Shown piece by piece: positions 10,164-23,749 of a DNA stretch of 64,000 bases (its first letter is position 1; the number at the start of each line of letters is the position of its first letter). Made by a program: the position numbers and the translations under genes. The notes below the pieces were generated by a model. That model had not been told where the DNA came from. It saw only the letters and a list, made by a program, of their open reading frames with translations, and did no database searches. Origin of the DNA: Cycas panzhihuaensis. Its lineage: Eukaryota > Plantae > Cycadophyta. Location of the stretch: assembly GCA_023213395.1 (NCBI GenBank), contig CM041465.1, forward strand, positions 188,487,741-188,551,740, written 5' to 3'.

Positions 10164-13100
10164 TCATGCATAGAATTTCTTAAGGAACTTACTATTGACA
10201 ACTTTATCAAATTCAAGGCCCTCCAAGGTTGTGATCCTGTAAGCGCCATTATCAAGGCTTTCGATAATGATGAAGGGACCAACCCATTTAGGTTTGAATT
10301 TGGACAAGTGATCATAAAGGTATTTGAGTTTGAGGACATGGTCCCTGGGATACAAGGGGCATAGGTGAAGGTATTTGCCATACGTCTTTTGTGCCCTAGC
10401 CTTAGAGGTGAGATTCACTTGGTAGGTGACCAAGCATTTCTCATCTAAGGCTTCGAGGTCTAAGATGTTAGATAATGTGAAAACAATATTTTAGAGGCTA
10501 AAATTTTGACAGGTTGGCAGTGTGGTTTCCCCCCCAAACTTCTACAAGGGGTTCTAAGGGGGGCAGGAGCCCCCCTTGGCTAGGGTTGTTCACTCAGAAT
10601 ACCCTAGATTCTATGGTTAAGATTTGTGCCTTCTATGACTCTCTCATGTAGCCTGATTTAGGGTGTTTTATCATTATGTTCAATGTATCAGATGTACTAT
10701 GAGGAGTTGGGTAGCTAGTTGTTGTTGTTGTGAGCATTTTTCTACAGATTATGTACATTTCTCTATTATTTGATAATAAAGATAGATACCTTTCCTTTAT
10801 GGATGTTTCCCTAGCACACTGCTAGGGTTTTACCATGTTATATTGGGTGTACATGTGATGCTTGGCTTTCTTATTCATTTTATTGTGTTATCTCTAGTTG
10901 AAGAACTTTCATATTAAATCTCAATTTCAATTCCTATATGTAGTTGCAAAATAGTTTAGATCATGGTGGCAGTTTTAGGATATTGGGACTTTGTCTTCTC
11001 AACATAGGAGATGGGCCTGATAGAAGGACTCCTCATCAACAAGACCACAAAGGCAAACCTGTAAGGAAGGGATCTCAACTTACAATGGGAGAATCGCCTT
11101 AGTTTCATACACAAGGGAGAATGGGGTCATTCTCGTAGTTGTCCAGATAGACGTGTGATATGCCCATAGAGCGGAAGGTAGTTGAAGATGCCAATCTCTT
11201 TGAGATTAGGCAATGGTTTTCTTCAAGATATTTATGAAGGTTTTGTTAAATGATTCTACTTGGTCGTTGGCCTAAAGGTAATAAGGAGAGGATGTTTTAT
11301 GAGAGATCTTAAATTTCTCATAAAGCTCATCCATTTCCTTATTACAAAAGGAGGCTATGTTATCTGTAATCAAGATGTTGGGGACCCCGAATTGACAAAT
11401 GATATGTTGGTAGATGAAGGTGGCTAACATCTTGCTAGGAGTAGAGGATAAAGGGATCGCTTCAACCTAATTAGCGAAGTATTCTATCGTAGTCAAGATG
11501 AACTTGTGATGCAATGAAGAAGGTGGGGTTATAGCCCTAATGAGGTCTAATCACCATTGCAAGAAGGGCCACAGTGAGATGATGGGATGCAAAGCCTTGG
11601 AAAGTAAATGGGTGATGTTGGCATACTCTTGACACTAACAACATCGCAGGGCATAAGCATGAGCATCCTTGAAGAGAGACGACCAATAATATCCCATGCG
11701 GAGGATCCTTTGGGCTATGGATTAACCCCCAAAATGACCCCCACAAATGTCGTTATGGCATTCATGAAGTATTTGGTCTACCTCGTCAGGGTTAACATAG
11801 CAGAGAAGAATCCCATCGAAAGATCTCTTATAAAACACCTCCCTCATGAGGAAATACTGCCTGGCAGTAGCCCAAATACGTGACCTAACCTTGTTGGTCA
11901 CATTGGGATGATATTGCTGATCAACAAGGTATCACACAATGTCCCCATACCACTCTCTATCAACCAATGGATGGGTTGATGAATCCTGAATGGATAAAAT
12001 GGGTTCATCGGGCAAGGAATCATCGATCAGAGCAATAAAAGGATTCGAGATGGGGGTGTCGGCTAGTTATTTAATAACCACCATCCCCTTCTTCTTTTTC
12101 TTGTTGATGATTTAGAGATCAAATTCCTAGAGGAGGATGACCCACTTGCCAGTCCTACCTGTTAGGTCAAATCAGGTTAGTAAGTACCTCAAGGGATCAG
12201 ACTGGATGATCACACGAGTAGTGTTTCCAAGCAAGTAGTTCCTGAACATCTTGGTAGTGTGTACCAAGGAGAGGTATTTCTTCTTGACATGAGAGTAATT
12301 AAGCTCAATAGTAATGAGGGTGCAGTTGATAAAATAAGTCACTCTTTTGGTTCTCAAGTTATCCTCTTGGACTAACATGTCGCCCAAGGATTCATCAGTA
12401 GCCAAGGTGTATAGGATGAAGGGCCCATTGAAGAGAGGAGGTGCCAAAGTTGGGGCAGAAGTGAGAGATCCCTTAAGCTCCTCAAAGGCTTACTAGGCCT
12501 TCGGAGACCAGACAAATGGGATCCCTCTCTTCAACAAGTTGGTAAGGGGTTTTGCATTTATAGCGAAGTTCACTAGGAAACACCTAAGGAAACCCAATCT
12601 ACTTAGGAATAACTTAATTTATCGTTGGCTCCTAAGAGGAGGCATATCAAGGAAGGCCTTAACTTTATCAGGATCAATTTAGATACCTTGTTTTGAAATA
12701 AGGAATCCAAGGGGTTTGGCAGCTGTCATGGTAAACACACATTTAAGGGAGTTTAGGCTTACATGCTACTCATAGCATCATGTGAAGATGGCCCACAAAT
12801 CACTAGGATGATGGTCCCTTACATGCGAAAGGGCCATCATAACATCCATAAAAACCTTGAGGCTTTTGTTAATAAGGTCGTGAAAGACAAATTGCATTGC
12901 CCTTTGATAATTGATGCCTGTATTCTTTATCCCAAAGGGCATCGCCTTATAGGCGAAGGTGCCCCAAGGCATGGTGAAGGCTGTCTTGTGATGGTCTTCG
13001 AGGGAGATTTAGATTTGATTGTAACTTGAGAATCCATCTATCAAGGACATGACTTCAAATCTAGCAATTTGATCAATGATTTAATTGATGAAGGGGAAGA

Positions 13101-16100
13101 TGGAAGTTATCCTTAGGACACGTGTTATTAATGTCATAAAAGTCAACACATATCCTAATCATCCCATTCTTTTAACAACAGGGATGATACTTGAGATCCA
13201 CTTGGGATAGTCGATGGAAGTAATTAACCCAACACCTAGGAGTTTTTTAACTTTCATCTTTATGGCAGCTAAAAGTTTTAGGTGGAGAGGGCATTATTTT
13301 TCCCACACGGGAGGAGCACCTGGAATGGTGGTGAGGTTGTGGGTGATAATAGAAGGGTCTATCCCCTTCATATCAGAGAAGTCCCATGCAAAAACATCTC
13401 GAAATTCCTCAAACAGAAGGGTATATTCCTTCATTTCATCAGGAGAGCATTCTGCTTCCACCTTTATGACCATACTAGGGGCAAGGACTATGTCCTTAGT
13501 TACCCCCATACACATGGCATTCCCTTCCTTAAAGTGAAGGGGGGCTTGGTCAACAAGAGGGGGCGAAGAAGAAGAGGATGGGTTTGGGTCAGTTAGGGGT
13601 GACCCGATTGCTAAGATCTTCTAGTAACCAAGTCTTTGATGACCAGGAGGGAAATTAGGCACAGAGCCAGCTAAATGCTTAAGCAAGGCCTCATCATCCT
13701 TGAAGCACTCTACCCCATGGATAACCATGCTTCAAGAAGATAAGGGATGAGAAGTAGAAGGAGTAGTAGGATTGTAGCGGTCGAGGGATCACTCGATGTA
13801 CTCAAGGGACTCTTCGAAAGAGTTGGAGGGGGATCTCTCATAATAGGTGACAAGAGATCCCCTCGCCTCATCACCTACAGAGGGAAGTGAAGTAGTATGG
13901 GAGGTCACACGAGAGGCAGGAGCAATGATATGCAACCTAAGGAGAAAACTGGTCTCCTTGATGGTAGAGGCTTCAAGTCAGGACCTAAAACACTGAGAGT
14001 GTCTCCTACTCATGTTTAAAAGGGATATAGGGTGAGGGAGGTCCTCATCCTTGCCATTAAACTTGCCATCGCTAAGCACGGTGAGGTACCCATAGCTCCT
14101 TACATCAATAGCGATGAAGCGAATAAGGTTTGAGGAAGAAGGGGAAGGACCTTCTTCTAGGTGAGATGAACTGTGAATGTCGATAGAACATGCAGAGGCA
14201 TGGGCAGAAGGGCCCTTATTGCCCTTTGCCTTGTCGCAAACTACGTGACGAGGTTGATGGGATTGTTTGGTAGGAGGAGGCTCTCAGGGGATAATCCTCA
14301 TTCATCCTTCATGGATGAATTTAAGTTGCCCCCAACAAGATAAGCACACGGCCCCCATTTGGTTAAGCCATGGGTGTCTTAATAAGACATTGTAGTCGAT
14401 GTCCACATTAAGGACTACAATATCAGTGAGGATAGTTTTATCCTCAAGAGTAAGGGGAATAGACATCGATCCCAAGGGGGTCTTTTCACTACTATCGTAG
14501 CCTTGACACCACCATGGAACTGGTTTAAGAGCTGAGATGCCAAGCTCCTATATTATGCATAAGGGCATGGCATTGACAGAAGAACTATTATCTATAACAG
14601 TTCTTTAGAGGATGCATTCGGGTATATTAATGGTTATGATGAAGGAGTAGTACCATTGGCATTCCCTTTCACCAAATGGAGGGAGATCTTTAGGATCAAA
14701 GGAGATGATAGGTTCACGACTTAGGGCGATGCCCAAGGCGTGAACGAACAAGTCAACTAGTCCCAAAGTCTCTAAGAGAAGGGTGCATTATTTAGGGAAG
14801 CTTCTCAAGATGTCCATCATGGACATCCCTACGGCCACAGTGTGGAGATTATCAATGATGGAGAAGGGTTTCCCCTTTGTAGTAGGTTGTGGAAGCATCC
14901 TTCAGAAATTCTAATGACTAGGGCGTATAGGAATAGTCTTAGGAAGTGTAGGGATTTCTGGAGGAGGGACTTCCAGAGGAGGATCAAGATGAGGAGTAGA
15001 GGAAGAGGCATTAGTTGCCTCTTTAGCTGCTTGGGATTGGGTTAAGGCATATAATGACGTGGTCCCAAGCATTTGAATGACTCTCTTTCCCTTGTTTCAA
15101 GATCAAGAAGGGTAAGGAGTTTAGCAGTCGAGAGAACTAGAAGAAGAGGACAAGTTCCTTACACCCTTCCCTTTAGCTTATGAAGGGCAAGGTTTTGGGG
15201 ACCTTCCTTTATTTCGGTTACCCTTTTGGTGGGTGTTGTGATCACATTCCCCATGTTTGGGGAAAGGATCCTTATGGATGAATTGGTCTAGGTTGGGCCT
15301 AGATGCCCGTTTGGGGGAAGAGTCATGTTGTGGGGCAGCTCTAGGGTGTTGGGCCCTACATTGTGAATCTTAGTGGAAGCACTTCCCATGAACAAAATAC
15401 CATTTCTTCTCTAAGGAGGAGTCAGGTTTCCTTGTTTGAGAAGATTGGATATTATCACCCTTGGGTGGTGCAACTTGAGAAGCTTGGTGAACTAGTTTAT
15501 GTGAAGTAGGGGATGAAGGGGCTTGGAGTTTAAGCTCCTTCATGGTACATTTCAAAGAATGTATAGCAAAGGTTAAGGGATCCAAGGGCTTTTCTATTGG
15601 ATGAGAAGAAGACTTAGAGGGTTGTTGGGTTTTTGTTTCACGAGGTGGAGGAGGTGCCTCATGTCTTTGTGAGGAATTAAGAGGCTTCTTGAGACTTGCT
15701 TGGATCTAAATTTCCTCAAGGGCCAAGCACTTGGCTATGGTAAAATTACACATTATAGCCCCCATTTTGAGGACTTTAATGTGGACTTTGGGGCATAGGG
15801 CATTAACGAAGAGATCTCTCTTTAACTCCTTAGGCAAGGTTGCACTTTTGGAGTGGAGAAGATCATGGATGTGTCTCACAAAATCATGATTTATTTCATC
15901 GTGACCTTGTTTAAGGGACAGGAGAGCCTTTATTCCACTCTCAAAAGGATGAGATACATCAAAATAATTAACGAACTTGCTAGTGAGCTATTGGAATAAA
16001 TTGATAGAATGCGCTAGAAGGCAATATAACCATTTAAGGGCATCGCCTTGGAGTGAGTGTAGAAAGAGTTTCATCAGGATATGGTTGTATGCCCAATAAT

Positions 16101-16500
16101 TGATGCACGCCATGGAAAATCCTCTAGCATGCTCCATTAGGTCTTGAGATGAGGCCCCATCAAATTTAGGAACCTCAGGAGGGTGAGGTAGTAAGTTGGT
16201 TCTTAGCACCTTAATGGATATAGGGGTTTGATCTGTAATCCATGAAGGGGTGCATCCTCGGTTGGATCATGGAATTAACGAGAGGTGGAGGAAGAGGTAG
16301 GCAAGGTTGACCAAATCCTCCTTGGGAGACTTAGTTTGAAAGGGGATAGGGACCTCCCCTTGTTTGGTGAGAAGGTGCTAATCTCACATTTGAGGGAACT
16401 GGTAGATGAGTGGATGGGTATGAGGGACCCGTCCCTCCTTGTGGGTACGTCCCTTATTGAAAAGGAGCTTAAGAGATGGTGTTTTAGAAGGGGCAAGGCC
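10164..16500 (-). pseudogene. gag-pol: gag-pol of element A (gag ~15400-16400, protease ~14300-14650, RT ~12500-13500, RNase H ~12050-12480, integrase ~10164-11950)
   Basis: Gag PKFDG...LQGDALKWL. Protease VLLRHPWL. RT EFRDVFAW, PWGTFAYKAMPFG, and YxDD decayed to FMDV. RH PFILYT...ELNYS. INT KFKPKWVGPF (GPY/F). Many stops and frameshifts. 5' start approximate. Confidence 0.92.
10466..11004. mobile_element. Solo LTR (539 bp) inserted in the integrase of element A
   Basis: TGTT...AACA termini. TSD TAAGA (10461-10465) / TAGGA (11005-11009). Removing it restores the INT frame QAHLL|DLEALDE. AATAAA at ~10775. Confidence 0.88.
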
Positions 16501-16663
16501 TCGTAAGTGATGAGAGAATCATCGCATACAAGTTTCCCCTAAAGATTGGAAGGAAAAGAGATAATGTGACAAGTTTTAGGGGCTGCCCAACAAATCGAGG
16601 AGAGCTATTAGAAAGGAGGTAGCACCAACAAGAAGGGAGAGAGGATCAATCCCTTACTAGCGA

Positions 16664-16682
16664 GTCCCCAATATGGTTGCTA
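16664..16682 (-). other. Degenerate primer-binding site, probably tRNA-Arg type
   Basis: Minus strand TAGCAACCATATTGGGGAC next to the 5' LTR. Resembles TGGCGACC...TGGG (Tat/Ogre-type Arg PBS), with mostly transition mismatches. Confidence 0.55.
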
Positions 16683-16683
16683 A

Positions 16684-19600
16684 TAGAATAACACCTTCGG
16701 GGGGGCAAATAAACTTGGATGAGGTCAAGCTAAACGATCAAAGATTTTGGTGGCTAGGGACCTACAGTGACAAGTGAAAGAAATCACCCACAAAGGGTGT
16801 TTGTACGTCGAAACATAGGTTTGGGATCCACAAATGGCGCACCAAGTCCTTTAAGGCAACTCTTCCTTGATTTATTGTGGCAGATGTATGAGGGATCTCC
16901 TTGGTTTCCTAAGTAACCCAAAAAAGGGCCCCTCCCATCCTTGGATGGCCAAAGGAGAGAGGAGAAAAGGGTGAGGGAAAGGATCCTTGTGTGAAAGGGG
17001 TATGAGAGGAATGACCTTTAGTAAGAAAAGAGGAAGAACCCGCACACGTGAGCTTGAGGTGGCTCGGGACATGAAGGGTCAAAGGGATGGCTGGCTCCAT
17101 AGGCTAGATATTGACCTAAAGACCAAACAAGGATAGTCTAGCCTAGAGAAATAAGGAAAATAAAGAAAACGACCTTGAGAGGGGGTGCTCTCGAGGGGCC
17201 AAACCTAAAGGGGATTTTAGGAATAATGAGTCAACAAAAGGGGTTACCTTTGCATCTATTTTTATTTAGTGTAAGGTATAGAAATGTTAAGCGAAGGTGT
17301 GGTGTATATAGCAATGTTGAATCCTTATTCTTAAAAGAAAAAAGATTACTCTTTGAAGAAAGAAAATAATATAAGACTCTCTCTCTCATTTACCTATGTA
17401 TACAACCTCACTCTCCTTGTCTTTTAGATGTAAGAAAGAGAGATCACGAAAGGTTGCTATATGGTGCAAAGCACGTGCAAAGGATGCAAGGTTGCTAGAT
17501 GACAATGCAATAAGATGGGAGAGATGTACACATGCAAATACATAGATTTCCACTATGTGCACTTTGCAAAGGAAACAAGCAAGTAAGTGAAGTACAAGAG
17601 ATCTAAACTAATAGTTTCCCTTTCCTTTTTCACCAAATAACCTTCGAATGGGGGAAAGGGGGTAAAGAGTAAGGAGCACATGTATAAGACCTTATATCAG
17701 GTGTACATGCGATATGTATAAAGCATGATCTATCAGTCTGAACCATTGTTGCGCAGGGGGGTGTGGGGAGGGCAACCCCACCCACCCTTAGATAGAGCAT
17801 GTAAATGTGCCATGAGGAAAGTTAGAGAAGAAGAGGTATAACCAGAACACAATGGCTGAAGTAGCACAACCCTTTCTATGCTTGCGATCCTTGTCCTTCT
17901 CCAACTGCAGGTGACACAATAGAAAGAGTTCTGGCGAAGAAGGGGTCTTCCTTACCTTCCCCTAAAATCAACGAAAAAAGAAAATGTAGTGCAAGGAAAT
18001 GTAAAGACGATAACTTTGAAAGCAAAAAGAAAGTAACTATTGAATGGAGAGGAATGTACTTAGAATAGAATCCCCTTTTCTCTCCAAAATGCAACAGGAA
18101 AACCTACAACTAAATAAGTTTTGCTCTTTCCCAAGGGGACGGATATACAATATGGAGAATGATAGGATAGAACTATCTTAGTTAAAAGGAATATGTTCAC
18201 CACCAATATCATTCTTTGCTCTATGTATGTTATTTAGTATGTAATGTGAAAAAAAGGGAAGAGAAGAAAGGAGGGCTGCTAGCCTCATAATGGATAACCC
18301 TCCAAATCAGAGGTGTTCCAAGCTGCCCCTAAGTACCAGGGTGAAAGGAGATGCAAATGCAACAAGCTTCTAGAAATACAAGCAAAGAAATGAAAAACAA
18401 TATTGTAAATGTCATTAGAGTTACAAAAGTTGTAACATGCAGTTTTTGTAAGTTTTACAAGGTTTTAGCCAAGTGACAAAAGAGAATATGGAGTGGGTAG
18501 ATGAAACCCCACTCATATAGGATCTATTGGGCATGCAGTTTTTGTAAGTTTTACAAGGTTTTAGCCAAGTGACAACAGAGAATATGGAGTGGGTAGATGA
18601 AACCCCACTCATATAGGATCTATTGGGCTTATTGAAAGCACAGTAATGGGATACCTATGCTACTGCCAGTAATGATCTCCCCTCCAATGGCTCTTTAAGG
18701 ACTCAAGGGAGGTATGGAGAAGGAAGAGGTGAGGAGAGAAGGGGGCTAATCTTGAGGAAAAGGCTCATTGGGTGCAGGACCTTACCTTTAGCTCCTTTCA
18801 CTCTCCATAGATGCCTCTACCTTGCTACCTCCTTGAAGAAACTAGGAAGGATCCAAGGGAAGGAGAAGACAGGCAAGAGGGGGAGGGTTTGCCTCCCATT
18901 TGCAATATATAGGAAGAGAAAAATTAGTATAAAAAGTATTGGCAAATAATACTCATGTTGCTTAAAGAAAGGAAAGTAAAGGATGGGCTCATAAGTACCT
19001 GCTATAGGCAAATCTAAGGAAAATCCACCTATGAAGTTGAGTAAAGAAGCAAACCCTATGGGGTTTGCAGGTAAAAACCCTAATGGAGTAGCAAGCAAGA
19101 AGAAAATTGAAGCAAGAATGGTAGTTAGAACTTGATGGAGCATTTAGAGCACGACGTCCTCTTGGCTGGCCACATTATAGGCCTACAACCATGTGTCTAA
19201 AGCTGTAGGAGATTGTTAACTGGCTGAGAAGCAGATGTAGCAGATTTGGTCCTGTTTATAGGGCATTTTTAGATGGAGTAGAAATAAAGGAGAGAGAGAG
19301 AGAGATGAAATGAGGGTGTTTTTGGGTTTTAAAACCTAACCCTACCTTAATCGAGTGATTAGAGTTTGGCCTAAGCAAGAAACAAGTCATTGTTGCCACA
19401 TGGCAATTTTGTAATAAATGTAAAATTAGCCATGGCAAATTGAAAAAATAATTATGGACAGTCACCCTGCAGTAAACTTAGTGGTACCACAAAGTTTACA
19501 ATAGTACCACAAAGTTTAACGCAGTGCAGCAGAAACAAAGGCAAAAGTAAAGGAAAAGAATCCTGGAAGCTCTAAAAGAGGAGAAACTCAGGCCAAAAGA

Positions 19601-20055
19601 AGCATGGTACTCTGTCCAAGTGGCATGAGGGAGTTATGGGGCTTAAGGAGGCTACCATAGACAAGTAATGAAGGCAAAGGTTCCCCAAAAGGATGACAAG
19701 TGGACATGGAATGACAACCAAGCCTAGGCGAGATGCTAGGGGTCATGATACACCGACAGGTGATGTGATTGGGCTACGGAAGCCGAACAATACTTGGGGA
19801 CATTGTGGAGACATGGAGGAGGGTTATGGAGCACCATGGAATATGTATCCCTAGATCATCATAGGCTAAAGAGGTGCATAGATGTAGTGTGGTCAAGCAA
19901 TGATGCATAGTGGTCATGTAGCGAGTCAATCATCATGCAATGTAGGTGAAGTGCCTCAACCTACCTTTTCTAAAACTAACAAGGGTAGGGATAGAAGCAT
20001 ACCTACACTTACCTGAGTCGACTCGCCCATGTTCATCCCTAGTAGCCAAGAAACA
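16684..20055 (-). repeat. 5' LTR of element A (~3.37 kb)
   Basis: Homologous to 2093-5231. Carries an extra 145-bp segment and a 96-bp tandem duplication. Confidence 0.93.
18436..18627. repeat. 96-bp tandem duplication inside the 5' LTR
   Basis: CATGCAGTTTTTGTAAG...GATCTATTGGG occurs twice with one visible mismatch. Single copy in the other LTR. Confidence 0.95.
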
Positions 20056-22282
20056 TGTGTAAGACTATCCTCATACCACTACTGGTAAAAACCAATGGAA
20101 CTTAGATAATCCCACCTACGAAATGGGTGAAACCCTACCTCAAAAAAGAGCTAAAAAGAAAAAAGCATAAGATTTAAATGTAACTATATACTTTTCAAAT
20201 TTTATGCACACAATAAAAACCCTAATTAGATGTAATAACTTATAATCTATTAGTTTAGGGCTCATAATGGCATGTTAAATCTTAATCCAACTTAGGTTTC
20301 CTATTTTCAAGCAATATCTTATAATAACCCTTATCTTGTTCCTATTTTCTTTTTACTTTTTATCACCTATTTAAACTTTAAAGTGAGAAGTGAGAAGAAG
20401 AGTAATCTTATATAATGAGTCCACAATTAACGAAGTAAACTATCAACTCTTTTCATTTCTCTTTTGTAATATAAATAGAAGAGGAAAATGGAGTAAGACG
20501 TTCTTTTTTTTCCTTTTCAACTAAAATGAACTATATGATAAAATTTCTTTCCTCTTTTTGATTTGATGAAATTGAAACCATAAATAATAAAGGAAAAGGA
20601 GGAGGAACTACAATTTTTAGCACACTTCTAAAATCTTTGTCTTATGTTTTTTTTTTCCCATTTTACTTATGCCAACCAATGATCAACAAAACAAACAAAG
20701 AGTACATGTTAGCTATTAGGAAGTTTAGGAAAGTTTTGACAACATTTCTACTTGCCAAGTTGATCCATGCTTAAAGAAATGATTAGCAAGTAACTCACAT
20801 AGAGTTTTATTACCTTGGGTTTAAATGGCTAGCATTTTCCCTACCCTATAGGCAATTTTGATTGTTAGAAATGGAAATAAGAACTCCAAGTTGTATAAGC
20901 TCTATTATTTTCAAAGAAATAAGTATTCAATACATTTCCAACCTATAAGATTAGTTGATAATCAAGAAGGCATGATATCTCATTCAAAATCAAAGATTAA
21001 CTAGGAAATTCAAAGCATCAAATTCCTCTAAATAAGTCCAAGTAATAAGAGGACCTTAGAAGTAGAAAATTATCACTGTAGATGAGCCTTAAATTATCAA
21101 AATAGGCTCTTAAATCCACCATTGGTCACCTTTGGAATAAATATAAATGGTTATAAAAGTTAAATAAGGAAGAAATAAGTGAAAATAATTAGATGAAAAT
21201 GAGTGAATAAAGTACAAAGCAAAAGTAAAACAAGTTGAAGTTGGATAAAATGGTTGAAAGTATGCAATATAGGTGAAATTCACTATAGAATTACCTTGGT
21301 CATAGGCCTTTATCTCTTATCTCTAAGGTTTTGACTATATACAACTCAAAATAACATCTCCTTCCTCTAATGTAACTCTTAAATCATCCAACTCTAAGCT
21401 AGAAAGTATAATAAAACTTTTAACAAAAATCTTGTAGTAATTTAGTAATATTTCATTACTAAAAATTATCTTTTGTTCTCAATATAATGGTGGATATTTA
21501 GAAAAGGCTACTAAGTGGTTTATCTCCCATGGTTTTGATGAAAACCATAGGTTTAATTCATATCTTTGCCCATGGGTTTTCTAGGAAAGAATCAATGAGT
21601 TTATTAAGCCTATTAATTTCTTAAAAACTAGATGTAAATATAACATTATTTTTAGCCTAAGAGGAGTGGAAGTTTAGGCATTAACTCTATGTTCCCTTCC
21701 ATGAAAATTTTCCTTAAAAACTATTAAAACAATAATTGAAAAGGAGAATAAATATATGTGGGAGCAACATTGTGTCTTTTTAAGAGAGCATGCCTGGTCC
21801 TATTTTAATTTTTAGAATGGAGCTTCTAGTTTTGTTATAAAAACTCTAACATCTTATTATAAAAATTGGAATTTCCTATTATAATTTTTATAATAAGATA
21901 TCATATCCCATTATGAAGATTATAATTAGACTAAGATTTATAACAATACTAAGATATTTATTAGAAAGATAAAATTTTCAAAAAAACTTTCTAGTATAAA
22001 ACTGATAGGATTTGATGGGGAAAGGTGACAAGAGCTATGAAAGATATCTAGGATATGTTAGGGAGCTATTTCTTATGAAATGGGGCAAGAGTATGTAATT
22101 CTTATTACACTAATAGATATTGATCATCATAGGCTAGATACTCATGAACCTATCACCAAATAATAGTTAAACATTAGTTCACATGGATATTAAATCATAA
22201 AACAAATTAAAAATGTAACTACAAAATACATACTTTCCTTACTTGTGTTGTGATAGATGGTAAATCATAATTTTAGGAAACA
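20056..22282. mobile_element. Right part of the old LTR-like repeat split by element A
   Basis: Colinear with 56136-58421. Both copies end at TTTAGGAA(A/G)CA. Confidence 0.82.
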
Positions 22283-22409
22283 TTTACCTCTTTGATAATA
22301 GAACCTCTTCAAGCTTAGGCTACAAGATAGTGAATTCTACTAATATTACCCAATAAGTTTCGTATGTTTAAACAAGTGTATCTAAGAAAGGAAAATTGAG
22401 TAATAGGCA

Positions 22410-22550
22410 TTACCATAGTTTATCCTATTTAGTAAAAACTTAGAGAATATTGCTCTTAGTTTAGTCTTGCTAAAAAGAACATTAAAGAATATTTCCCTTA
22501 GTTTAACCTTCTTAGTAAGAATATAAGAGGGTTAACTACCATAGTTTTAT
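22410..22550. repeat. Degenerate ~41-bp tandem repeat (CCATAGTTTA.CCT core)
   Basis: About 3.3 units beginning TACCATAGTTT / TCTTAGTTTAG / CCTTAGTTTAAC / TACCATAGTTT. Confidence 0.6.
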
Positions 22551-22769
22551 GGAAAACAAGATAAGCATCTTTCTATATAGTGTATTATTAATTAATAAAT
22601 ATTATCAATGGCTATAATACACTAAATTTACTTAGCAGATATATCATTTAAGTAGAATTAGTAGATTAGATATTAAATGATATCCTTATACCATTCATCA
22701 TCAGTGGTGTTTAAAGCTAAGATAAGCTTATCTGGAAGAGAATAATTGACTAGTAGGTTATCTATACTA

Positions 22770-23105
22770 GGAATGGATGTGTGGGTGAGTTGCTTGACAA
22801 CAACCATCTCTTTTTAGGACTTCTAGTTAACCATTTGGAGGTTATACTCCTATAGCACAACCACTTACTTATCTAGTCATTCTATAAGGTCAGATTTAAT
22901 TAATAGAAAATATAATAGATCTAATTGAATGATTACCTGAGTTATATTTCTAAGTAGGTATTGATGAAACTTTTTGGTAAGGCTAAACACTCTTTTTCTA
23001 TTAGTGTATAGTTAGTTCAATTACTATAAAGTAACAACTAATAAAATAGATCATGCATTAAATAGCTAAATCATCTTCATAGGCTAGCATAACATCAAGA
23101 GATTC

Positions 23106-23107
<2 letters not shown>
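22770..23107 (-). pseudogene. pol: Tat-like gypsy RNase H fragment
   Basis: [16 protein letters not shown]...NYTLIEKECLAL...KKFHQYLLRNITQVIIQ, homologous to element A DESLGDMLVQEDNL...MFRNYLLGNTTRVIIQ. Confidence 0.8.

Positions 23108-23749
<642 letters not shown>

Larger units (their letters stand above)
2093..20055 (-). mobile_element. Element A: full-length, degenerate Ty3/gypsy LTR retrotransposon, Tat superclade (aRH downstream of integrase, TatIII-like)
   Basis: Paired LTRs 2093-5231 and 16684-20055. TG...CA outer ends. 5-bp TSD GGTGT (2088-2092) / TGTGT (20056-20060). PPT and Arg-type PBS on the minus strand. gag-PR-RT-RH-INT order. Confidence 0.93.
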
